This document shows positions 56,053 to 64,000 of a stretch of DNA of 64,000 nucleotides, piece by piece. Each line of letters begins with the position of its first letter. Positions within the stretch are counted from its first letter, which is position 1. The notes beneath the pieces are model-generated. The model was given only the letters and a program-made list of their open reading frames with translations, ran no database searches and had not been told where the DNA came from. The position numbers were made by a program, and so were the translations under genes. Origin of the DNA: Planctomycetales bacterium (GTDB lineage Bacteria; Planctomycetota; Phycisphaerae; SM23-33); assembly GCA_030612725.1 (NCBI GenBank), contig JAUWNJ010000001.1, forward strand, positions 134,648 to 198,647. Reading direction: 5' to 3'.

Positions 56053-57987
56053 CTACTTCTTCTGTTCTTTGTGGTCTTTGTGCCCTTTGTGGTTCATTCT
56101 GTCAGTTTCCGTCGGCACGTCGCGTTTTCGGCCCGACAGCAGCAATATGTCTCGCAGATGTTCGATGTTGGACGCATCAGTCCATCGCTGGCGGAATTTA
56201 GGCTCCTGAACGATGTGAGCGATGGCCATCAGGGCGCGAAGGTGATAGTTTCTCTCGTCGCGCGACCCGACCAGGACGAACGCCGCCCGGACCGGCTCGT
56301 CCTGGCCGGCGAAATGCACGCCCTCTTTGCATCGAATCAGGAGGATTTCGAATGTCTTTTCGCCGTCAACGATAATATGCGGGATAGCCAGGCCCGGTTC
56401 GATGACCGTGCTGGAGGCGGTCTCTCGCTGTCGGAACAGTTCGAGAAGGTGCTGCTTGTCGATATCCATTCGCCCGGCCAGGGCTTCGGCAGCGAGGGTG
56501 AACATTTCTTCGGCGGATACTTTTTCGCCGATGTCCAGGATGTCGCACTTGCGGACAAGATGGTCGAACCTGTCGCGGACGACGTCGTCGCGCTCGAGTG
56601 CGATTTCTTTGAGTTCCTCCTCGAGCGTGCTGCGATAGATTTCCTTCGAGACCGCGCTTCGGACCATATAGACCAGCGCGCTTTCCCGGCTGATGCTGCG
56701 TCGGACATAGACGAAATACCAGATAACCCCTGCCAGGGCGAATGCGCCGGTCGTAATCAGCGGGACCGCTCCCATCTCCACGACGAGGAACCCGCACATC
56801 ACAATTCCGCTAATCTGCATCCACGGATACAGCGGCGAGCGGAACAGCGGGCGGTAGTTCTGGATTTTGCTGCCGCGCATGATAAGCACGGCTACGTTGA
56901 CCAGCAGAAAGAGCATGATCATCATCGTACTGGCGACCTTGACGAGGTTTTCGATACTCAGCAGTGTGATGACGACGATCATGAAACCGCTGGTGATGAA
57001 GATGCTCACGTGCGGCGTACCGAAGCGGGGCGAAATCTTCTGGAGGAATCCCGGAAGCAGTCCGTCGCGGCTCATTGCCATCGGGCTGCGGGAGGCAGAT
57101 AGTATGCCGCTGTTGGCAGTGGTGATAAACGCCAGCATCGCCGCCGCCGACAGGAGAATCAGCCCGCCTTTGCCCATGAATTTCTCGGCTGCCAGGCTCA
57201 GCGGCGTGAGATTGTTCTCAAGTGTATCTGCTTCCATCACGCCCACCACTATGAACGCAGCGGCGATGTAAAAAAGGGTAACGACCAGAGCGGCCAGGAA
57301 CATCCCAGCCGGAATGTTCCGTCCGGGATGATGGACCTCTTCGGCGATGCTGGCGACCTTGGTCAGGCCTCCGTAGGAGATGAAGACCAGTCCGGCCGTG
57401 GCGAAGACCTCGCCCCATCCCTTGTCCATAAAATTGGCGAAGTTTTCAAGCTCCATGGCGGGTGCTGGCATGCCCTTGACGACGAACACGCCCAGAATCG
57501 CCAGCAACACGGCTACCATAACGATTTGAAGCCGGCCTACGCCCTTGACGGTCAGGATGTTCAGGACGGTGAAGAACACGCAGGCGGCAATGGCGACGCC
57601 CTTAATCGGCCATTCGCCAATCTGTTCGCCGGGCAAAACAAGCCTGGCGAACGCACCAATACCGATGAGGGCGAATGCGGTTTTCAGGGCGATGCTGAAC
57701 CAGTTGGCCAGGCCCGCCAGCGTGCCCGGCAGCGGACCCATGCTGCGCTCGATGAAGAAGTAACTTCCCCCGCTCTTGGGCATTGCGGTTGCCAGTTCGG
57801 CCTTGGAAAGCATCGCTGGGATCACCATCACACCGGCCAGCGCGTAAGCGAGAATCATCGCAGGCCCGGCCTTGGCGAACGCCAGACCCGGAAGGACGAA
57901 CAGACCGGAACTTATCATCGCGCCGGCTGCGATGCAGAAAACGCCCCAGAATCCGAATTTGCGTTCAAGTTGAGCCAGTTTTCTCAC
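56053..57987 (-). CDS. APC-family amino acid permease fused to a C-terminal PTS EIIA(Fru/Ntr)-type domain
   Basis: 12-TM APC core (GSGLFVLPG...), then about 150 aa resembling EIIA type 2 (IPHIIVDGEKTFEILLIRCKEGVHF..PVRAAFVLVGS). Confidence 0.65.
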   Translation of the reverse strand: MRKLAQLERKFGFWGVFCIAAGAMISSGLFVLPGLAFAKAGPAMILAYALAGVMVIPAMLSKAELATAMPKSGGSYFFIERSMGPLPGTLAGLANWFSIALKTAFALIGIGAFARLVLPGEQIGEWPIKGVAIAACVFFTVLNILTVKGVGRLQIVMVAVLLAILGVFVVKGMPAPAMELENFANFMDKGWGEVFATAGLVFISYGGLTKVASIAEEVHHPGRNIPAGMFLAALVVTLFYIAAAFIVVGVMEADTLENNLTPLSLAAEKFMGKGGLILLSAAAMLAFITTANSGILSASRSPMAMSRDGLLPGFLQKISPRFGTPHVSIFITSGFMIVVITLLSIENLVKVASTMMIMLFLLVNVAVLIMRGSKIQNYRPLFRSPLYPWMQISGIVMCGFLVVEMGAVPLITTGAFALAGVIWYFVYVRRSISRESALVYMVRSAVSKEIYRSTLEEELKEIALERDDVVRDRFDHLVRKCDILDIGEKVSAEEMFTLAAEALAGRMDIDKQHLLELFRQRETASSTVIEPGLAIPHIIVDGEKTFEILLIRCKEGVHFAGQDEPVRAAFVLVGSRDERNYHLRALMAIAHIVQEPKFRQRWTDASNIEHLRDILLLSGRKRDVPTETDRMNHKGHKDHKEQKK

Positions 57988-58229
57988 CCTCAGAGAATCG
58001 TTTTTACGATGGGGATTCTAACCTGACGCTGCGATGAAAGGAAACGCCAAATACGTGCTGGAAAAAATAGCAGGGATACAGGGGATGCAAAGGATAGATA
58101 TTTGTTGTTAAAAAAAAAGAACAAAAGTATTTTATCCCCTGTATCCCTTGCATCCCTGCTAATCTTTCTGCAGATTCGAGTTTGCTCTACTTGCTTGACT
58201 TGAACTGAAGCGACATTGAGAATCCCTGC

Positions 58230-59276
58230 ATGGACAAACCGAAAGTAACCGCCGTCATTCCTTGCTACAACGTCTCGGAAGCCTGCGTGGACGTGATTGC
58301 CCGCTGCCAGGCTTACGCCGACCGGGTCATCGCCGTCGATGACGGTTCGACCGACGACACGCTGGAGTGGATAAAGACCACCGGATGCGAGGTCATCGCC
58401 CTACCGGAAAATCAGGGCAAGGGCGTGGCGCTGCGGCATGGATTCAAAGCCGCAATCGCCGACGACTGCGACTATGTCGTTACGCTCGACAGCGACGGCC
58501 AGCACCTGCCCGAAGAAATACCCAACCTCGTCTCGGCGGCGGTCGAGACCGGAAGCGACGTTGTCGTCGGCTCGCGCCGCGTTTCGGAGATGCCGCCACA
58601 GAGGCAGGTGGGAAACCTGCTGACGCGGTGGACCTTTCGCCTCCAGACAGGCAAAAAACTCCGCGATACGCAGACGGGTTATCGCCTCTTCACGCCGACC
58701 GCCTTGCGAAATATAATGCCGGGATTGTCGTGGGGCAGGTACGAGACCGAAATGGCGATGCTCTTCAACGCCGACCATGTGGGTCTGAAGATGACCACCG
58801 CGACGATATCCACCGTCTATATCGGCGACAATAAACTCACCTCCTTCCGCAACCTGCCCGATTCGATGCGGATATTTTTTGTTGTCCTGCGCTACGCCGC
58901 AGCCGGTATCTCATCGGCGGTACTGGAGTTCGCGCTGTTTTCTGCAATCGTGGGGCTGTTTCACATTCATTACATTCCGGCCCTGCTGATTTCACGGGCG
59001 GTCGCGCTGGTTAATCATTATCTCGTCTCGCGTTTTTTCGCGTTCCGCGTGCGGAAGAAGATTCACCGCGACGAGATGTTCCGCTACGCAGTGGTGGCCG
59101 GGATTAACCTGGCGGCGTCATTTGCGTTTCTGCATCTGATGATAAGCGCAGCCGGACTTAACGCGATACTTGCCAAGGCCGTCTCGCAAACCGTCCTGTT
59201 CTGGGTAACGTTTTTCCTTCTGAAGCAATACACGTTCAAAGTTTCCCTCCGCGCACAAGCAGCGGCAGGACCATAG
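58230..59276 (+). CDS. GT2 glycosyltransferase fused to a GtrA-like membrane domain
   Basis: TAVIPCYNVSEA...IAVDDGSTDDT (GT2) plus four C-terminal TM helices with the GtrA pattern. Confidence 0.75.
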   Translation: MDKPKVTAVIPCYNVSEACVDVIARCQAYADRVIAVDDGSTDDTLEWIKTTGCEVIALPENQGKGVALRHGFKAAIADDCDYVVTLDSDGQHLPEEIPNLVSAAVETGSDVVVGSRRVSEMPPQRQVGNLLTRWTFRLQTGKKLRDTQTGYRLFTPTALRNIMPGLSWGRYETEMAMLFNADHVGLKMTTATISTVYIGDNKLTSFRNLPDSMRIFFVVLRYAAAGISSAVLEFALFSAIVGLFHIHYIPALLISRAVALVNHYLVSRFFAFRVRKKIHRDEMFRYAVVAGINLAASFAFLHLMISAAGLNAILAKAVSQTVLFWVTFFLLKQYTFKVSLRAQAAAGP

Positions 59277-59408
59277 GGGAACGCTGAAAATCAGACACAA
59301 GGCGCCGTTTTTCGATGCAGTACTGGTTTCCTGTCGGCGTTTTGCCTTTGACAAGCAGCCTTTATCGGTCAAAATACCCTCTTTGGAACTTTTAACAGGG
59401 AGTCTGGA

Positions 59409-60233
59409 ATGCTTTGGGAAGAACTTACCGCCGATGATTTTGCACAGGCCGTTGTCGATTGCCGGCGAACATGCGTGCTGCCTATGGGCGTCCTCGAGCG
59501 CCACGGTCCTCACATGCCGCTCGGTACCGACATGATCGACGCCCATTACGTCGCCGCCCAGGCGGCCCGGCGCGAACCGACAGTGGTCTTTCCCCAGTGG
59601 TTCCTCGGGCAAATCCTCGAAGCTAGATGCTTCCCCGGAACGATAGCCATACCGCCGAAACTGCTGCTGGAAGTGATGCTGACCGTCCTCGACGAGATCG
59701 GACGGAACGGGTTCACCAAAATAATCATCTACAACGGCCACGGGGGAAATGGCGCACTGGTGAAATACCTTTGCCAAAGCCAGTTGGCCGAAGAAAAACC
59801 CTACAGTGTCTATTCGCTGTACTACGACGCCGGTATAAGCGACGAGGACCTCACCCACCTCCGCAAAGAGGTCTGGACCACCGAAGACCACCATGCCGGT
59901 GAGAGTGAAACATCACTGATAATGGCTCACCGTCCCGACCTGGTGAAGATGGACGCATTAGCCGGACAGGTCGGTAAAGCCCTGGGCCGACTCGACCACA
60001 TCAAACCCGGTTCTTCGACGATGGACTGGTACGCCGACTATCCGGAACATTACGCCGGCGACGCCCGGAAAGCATCAGCCGAGAAGGGCAAAGTCTTCGC
60101 CGAGGCTATGATTAACGGACTGGCGCGTTTTATCAGCGCCGTCAAGAACGACACCGTTGCGGGTGAACTGTCTGAGGAATTCTTCCGTCGCGAGCGGGAA
60201 TTGCGAAGCACCCGAAAGGAACGCGAAACGTGA
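59409..60233 (+). CDS. Creatininase-family amidohydrolase
   Basis: LPMGVLERHGPHMPLGTD and IYNGHGGN motifs. Confidence 0.8.
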   Translation: MLWEELTADDFAQAVVDCRRTCVLPMGVLERHGPHMPLGTDMIDAHYVAAQAARREPTVVFPQWFLGQILEARCFPGTIAIPPKLLLEVMLTVLDEIGRNGFTKIIIYNGHGGNGALVKYLCQSQLAEEKPYSVYSLYYDAGISDEDLTHLRKEVWTTEDHHAGESETSLIMAHRPDLVKMDALAGQVGKALGRLDHIKPGSSTMDWYADYPEHYAGDARKASAEKGKVFAEAMINGLARFISAVKNDTVAGELSEEFFRRERELRSTRKERET

Positions 60234-61144
60234 GTCATCACAGACGACATTTTCTGGAAAAGTTGCAGGTGCAGATCGCATCGGTTGGGGCGCTGGCGGC
60301 TGTTTATTTTCTCATCGCACCGGCGTTTCGGACCTGGGAACCTGGCGGGGCGGTTGTCTTTGTTCCGATGGGCGATTACGGACGACTTGCAATTTTTGCT
60401 GTCGCGGTCTGGATAATATCGGCCTGCTGTGCTGCGATGACGATTTCGGCCAGACCCGAAGGCGCGCTTCTGGCGACGATTATCGGAGCGGCGGGATTCA
60501 GTTTCGCCAGCGGCCCGATGCGAATGCTGCTGTGGCAATGGGACGGGCACTTCGGCAAACTCTTCGCGCTGCTGGTAGCCGAAGTTCTTGCAATGGTAGC
60601 CGTGACACTCGGCGCTATGGTAGTCATTTGTCTGGTCCGGGCAGGTATGCGACGCTCGTTCCCCAATCTGACCTGGGGTGCGCCGATACCAGCGGCGAAA
60701 ACCACCGAGAGTCAAACCGGTAAAACGCAGGCGACCCATGCCGCCGGAGCAGTTGTTATGGAACTGGCAATTGCGATGCTGCTGCTGGTGGTAACCTTCA
60801 GGTCAACAGACCGCGGACAGATCGCCTTCGCACTGGCGGCGAGTTTCTTCGTCGCTTCGGTGGCGGCCCATCAGATTTTTCCAATACGTGTATCAGCGCC
60901 GCTGTTGCTTGGTCCGATACTTATGGCGGTGCTGGTTTTCGGATTCGGATGGGCGGGTCTGGGTAGCGATGGGAACTCCAACTGGTATGCCGCGCAAATG
61001 GTCGCGCAAAACCTTCCCCTACGCGCCGCTCTGCCGATAGACTGGATGACACTGGGAACTGGCGGAGCAGTGGCGGGGTTCTGGCTTAGCAGCCGAATGC
61101 ACGAAACCAAACTGTCCGGACCGAAACCACAAAAAGAATCGTAA
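60230..61144 (+). CDS. Hypothetical polytopic membrane protein (GTG start overlapping the creatininase stop)
   Basis: Seven or eight TM helices; GTGA overlap. Confidence 0.4.
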   Translation: MSHHRRHFLEKLQVQIASVGALAAVYFLIAPAFRTWEPGGAVVFVPMGDYGRLAIFAVAVWIISACCAAMTISARPEGALLATIIGAAGFSFASGPMRMLLWQWDGHFGKLFALLVAEVLAMVAVTLGAMVVICLVRAGMRRSFPNLTWGAPIPAAKTTESQTGKTQATHAAGAVVMELAIAMLLLVVTFRSTDRGQIAFALAASFFVASVAAHQIFPIRVSAPLLLGPILMAVLVFGFGWAGLGSDGNSNWYAAQMVAQNLPLRAALPIDWMTLGTGGAVAGFWLSSRMHETKLSGPKPQKES

Positions 61145-61182
61145 ATCCTGTAACCAAACACACGAAAAGGAGATATACCAAA

Positions 61183-61950
61183 ATGAGTCATTCCTGTATC
61201 GCCGTGCAAATGTACACGCTTCGTGAGTTTCTCAAGACGCCCGCCGATATCGCCAAAACGCTGGCGAAGGTCAAAGCCATCGGCTACGAAGCCGTCCAGG
61301 TTTCCGGCTTTGGACCGTGCGACCCTGCCGAGGTGGCGAAAATCCTCGAAGGCGAAGGACTCATCTGCGCCTCTTCTCATACTTCGCTGGAGAGGCTGGA
61401 AGAAGAACTCGACGCCTTCATTGAAGAGCACCACCTCTGGGGATGTAAGCATACCGCCATAGCCTCAATGCCCGGAGAATATCACAATCCCGACGGCATC
61501 CTGACTTTTGCGTCCAAAGCTGACGAAATCGGAAGCAAACTCGCCCAGGCCGGTATCGTGCTTTCCTATCACAACCACGATTTCGAGTTCGCCAAAGCCG
61601 GCGATAAGACCTGGCTGGAGATACTTTACGACAACACCGACCCGAAGAACCTCCAGGCCGAACTGGACACCTACTGGGTTCAGTCCGGCGGAGGCGACCC
61701 GGCCGAGTGGATACGCAAATACCCCGGAAGGATGCAGATGATGCACGTCAAGGACATGGTCATCGGACCCGACGGACAACGGTTCGCCGAGATCGGCGAG
61801 GGCAACCTCAACTGGCCTGCGATTCTGTCGGCTGCTAAGGACACCGGAGTCGAATGGTATTGCGTCGAGCAGGATGACTGCTACGGGCGCGACCCGTTCG
61901 AGTCCCTGAAAATCTCACTGGAAAATCTCCACGAGATGGGATTGAAATAA
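61183..61950 (+). CDS. Sugar phosphate isomerase/epimerase (xylose-isomerase-like TIM barrel)
   Basis: AP-endonuclease-2/TIM-barrel pattern with HNHDFEF and metal-binding Glu/Asp/His residues. Confidence 0.7.
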   Translation: MSHSCIAVQMYTLREFLKTPADIAKTLAKVKAIGYEAVQVSGFGPCDPAEVAKILEGEGLICASSHTSLERLEEELDAFIEEHHLWGCKHTAIASMPGEYHNPDGILTFASKADEIGSKLAQAGIVLSYHNHDFEFAKAGDKTWLEILYDNTDPKNLQAELDTYWVQSGGGDPAEWIRKYPGRMQMMHVKDMVIGPDGQRFAEIGEGNLNWPAILSAAKDTGVEWYCVEQDDCYGRDPFESLKISLENLHEMGLK

Positions 61951-61968
61951 CGCTTAACGATTTGAATT

Positions 61969-63162
61969 ATGTCTGAAAATGAAAAATCCGGTTACTTCGG
62001 ACCTTACGGTGGGCAGTTCGTCCCCGAGACGCTGATGTCGGCATTGGCGCAGTTGCAGCGCGAGTATCGCGCTGCGATGGCCGATGAGACCTTCATTGCC
62101 GAGTTCGACCGTTGTCTGCGTGAAATCGCAGGCAGGCCGAGCGAGATGTACTTCGCGCGTCGGCTGACCGAGCAACTCGGCGGCGCGAAAATATATCTCA
62201 AGCGCGAGGACATGAACCACACCGGCGCGCACAAGATAAACAACACCCTTGGCCAGGCGCTGCTGACGCTGCGAATGGGTAAAAAGCGGGTTATCGCCGA
62301 GACAGGCGCAGGCCAGCACGGTGTGGCGACCGCGACGGCAGCGGCAGTCTTTGGCTTGGACTGCGAAGTGTACATGGGCACGGAGGACATTCGCCGACAG
62401 GCTTTGAATGTCTTCCGCATGGAACTTCTCGGCGCTCGCGTCATACCAGTTACCACCGGTCAGCGGACGCTCAAGGACGCCTGCAACGAGGCGATGCGTG
62501 ACTGGATGGGGTCGGTTGAGCATACGCACTACATACTAGGCTCGGTCGTCGGGCCTGCACCTTTCCCGGAAATGGTCCGCGAGTTTCAATGCTGCATCGG
62601 ACGAGAATCACGCGAGCAGATGCTCAAAATCGAAAGCCGATTGCCGGATACAATTGTCGCCTGTATCGGCGGCGGGTCAAATGCCGCCGGTATCTTCGTG
62701 CCGATGATCGACGATGAAACCGTCGAGATGATCGGCGTCGAAGCCGGCGGGCGCAGCATGGGTCTGGGCGACCACGCCGCATCGCTGGTGGCCGGGCAGC
62801 CGGGCGTGCTGCACGGGGCCAGAAGCTACGTGCTTCAGGATGCCGACGGGCAGACCGCGCAGGTTCACAGCGTCTCCGCCGGATTGGACTACCCCGGCGT
62901 CGGTCCTGAACACGCATACTGGAAAGACACCGGCAGAGTAAGATACACCACGTGCAGCGACGATGACGCACTCGATGCCGTCGTCGCGCTCTCGCGGGCA
63001 GAAGGGATTATCCCCGCCCTCGAGTCCGCCCACGCCGTCGCAGAGGCGATGAAAATCGCTCCGAAAATGAAGCCCGAGCAGATTCTCCTTATCAACCTCT
63101 CAGGCAGGGGAGATAAGGACTGCAACGAGATAGCGGATATTTTGGAACGACGGAAGAAATAG
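61969..63162 (+). CDS. trpB: Tryptophan synthase beta chain
   Basis: HTGAHKINN (PLP-lysine), GGGSNA, and the C-terminal consensus. Confidence 0.9.
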   Translation: MSENEKSGYFGPYGGQFVPETLMSALAQLQREYRAAMADETFIAEFDRCLREIAGRPSEMYFARRLTEQLGGAKIYLKREDMNHTGAHKINNTLGQALLTLRMGKKRVIAETGAGQHGVATATAAAVFGLDCEVYMGTEDIRRQALNVFRMELLGARVIPVTTGQRTLKDACNEAMRDWMGSVEHTHYILGSVVGPAPFPEMVREFQCCIGRESREQMLKIESRLPDTIVACIGGGSNAAGIFVPMIDDETVEMIGVEAGGRSMGLGDHAASLVAGQPGVLHGARSYVLQDADGQTAQVHSVSAGLDYPGVGPEHAYWKDTGRVRYTTCSDDDALDAVVALSRAEGIIPALESAHAVAEAMKIAPKMKPEQILLINLSGRGDKDCNEIADILERRKK

Positions 63163-63193
63163 TCCAAGGATTACACAGATTATAAAGAAACAG

Positions 63194-64000
63194 ATGAGCA
63201 ATTTACGGGACAATCGATTGGTTAAAACGTTCGCTGACCTTCGTGCTGCGGGCAGGAAGGCGCTTATGCCTTTTTTGACTGCCGGTTATCCGGACCTGGA
63301 GACGACGGCTGCGTTGTTGAAGGATTTCGAGGCTCGCGGCGTGCGGATTGTGGAACTGGGAATTCCGTTTTCCGACCCGATTGCCGACGGACCTACGATC
63401 CAGACCTCCTATACCGACGCGCTTTCCAGCGGCGTTACCAGCGAAAAAATCTTCGATATGGTCCGCTCATATCGAAAATCTTCAAATCCGCAATCCGCAA
63501 TCCGCAATCCGCAATTGGCCTTAGTTGCGATGGTCAGTTATTCCATCGTCTTCAAGCATGGCGTCGAGTCGTATCTTGCCGAAGCAGCCGGTGCCGGCTT
63601 CGACGGAATTATCATCCCTGACCTGCCGCTGGAGGAAGCAGCCGACCTGGAACCGCTGGCGTCCTCAGCCGGCTTGGCCAATGTGATGCTTATCGCCCCG
63701 ACGACCCCGCCGGAGCGCAGACTTGAAATCGCCCGTCACTCGCGCGGGTTTATCTATTACATTTCCATCGCGGGCATCACCGGCGAGCGAGTCCGCCTGC
63801 CGGAGCAGAGCATCCGCACTGTGGCTGAACTTCGCACGCACACCGACACGCCGGTCTGCATCGGCTTTGGCGTTTCCAATGCCGAAACAGTCGCCCACGT
63901 TTGCGAGGTCGCCGACGGCGCGATTGTCGGCTCTGCCATCATCCACCGCATCACCGACGCCAAAGACGCCCCCCGCGACGAACTGGTCGGAAAAGTCGGC
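63194..64000 (+). CDS. trpA: Tryptophan synthase alpha chain (partial; runs off the window end)
   Basis: MSNLRDNRLVKTFADLRAAGRKALMPFLTAGYPDLETT...GVRIVELGIPFSDPIADGPTIQ; no stop before 64000. Confidence 0.8.
   Translation, partial: MSNLRDNRLVKTFADLRAAGRKALMPFLTAGYPDLETTAALLKDFEARGVRIVELGIPFSDPIADGPTIQTSYTDALSSGVTSEKIFDMVRSYRKSSNPQSAIRNPQLALVAMVSYSIVFKHGVESYLAEAAGAGFDGIIIPDLPLEEAADLEPLASSAGLANVMLIAPTTPPERRLEIARHSRGFIYYISIAGITGERVRLPEQSIRTVAELRTHTDTPVCIGFGVSNAETVAHVCEVADGAIVGSAIIHRITDAKDAPRDELVGKVG
63485..63515. repeat. (ATCCGCA)x4 heptamer repeat, in-frame inside trpA
   Basis: AAATCCGCAATCCGCAATCCGCAATCCGCAATTGG encodes [14 protein letters not shown]. It shares the SAIRNPQ peptide with the leuS insertion. 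Confidence 0.75.

Overview
GC-rich bacterial chromosomal segment whose gene content points to Planctomycetota: a DUF1559/H-X9-DG prepilin-like protein, two PEP-CTERM proteins, many lipoproteins and a lysine-rich histone H1-like protein. Most of the window is housekeeping and transport genes. I read about 60 protein-coding genes and found no rRNA, tRNA or CRISPR array. What sets the window apart is structure in the non-coding DNA: several families of palindromic or tandem repeats sit between genes, and a CAATCCG heptamer repeat is inserted in-frame into both leuS and trpA. The strongest candidates for an undescribed system are (1) a DUF134–DUF89–DUF5320 cluster divergent from nrdJ, preceded by a perfect palindromic operator; (2) an ArsR regulator overlapped by an unlisted 47-aa Cys/His-rich peptide, then three hairpins and an ABC-2 exporter; and (3) a PEP-CTERM gene that appears inserted into a split palindrome, next to a frameshifted HicB remnant. 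Also notable are a histone H1-like gene followed by an orphan ParA-like ATPase, AT-rich genes or gene segments that look horizontally acquired, and a hairpin-dense candidate ncRNA. All calls rest on reading the translations and DNA by eye; nothing was searched or computed.
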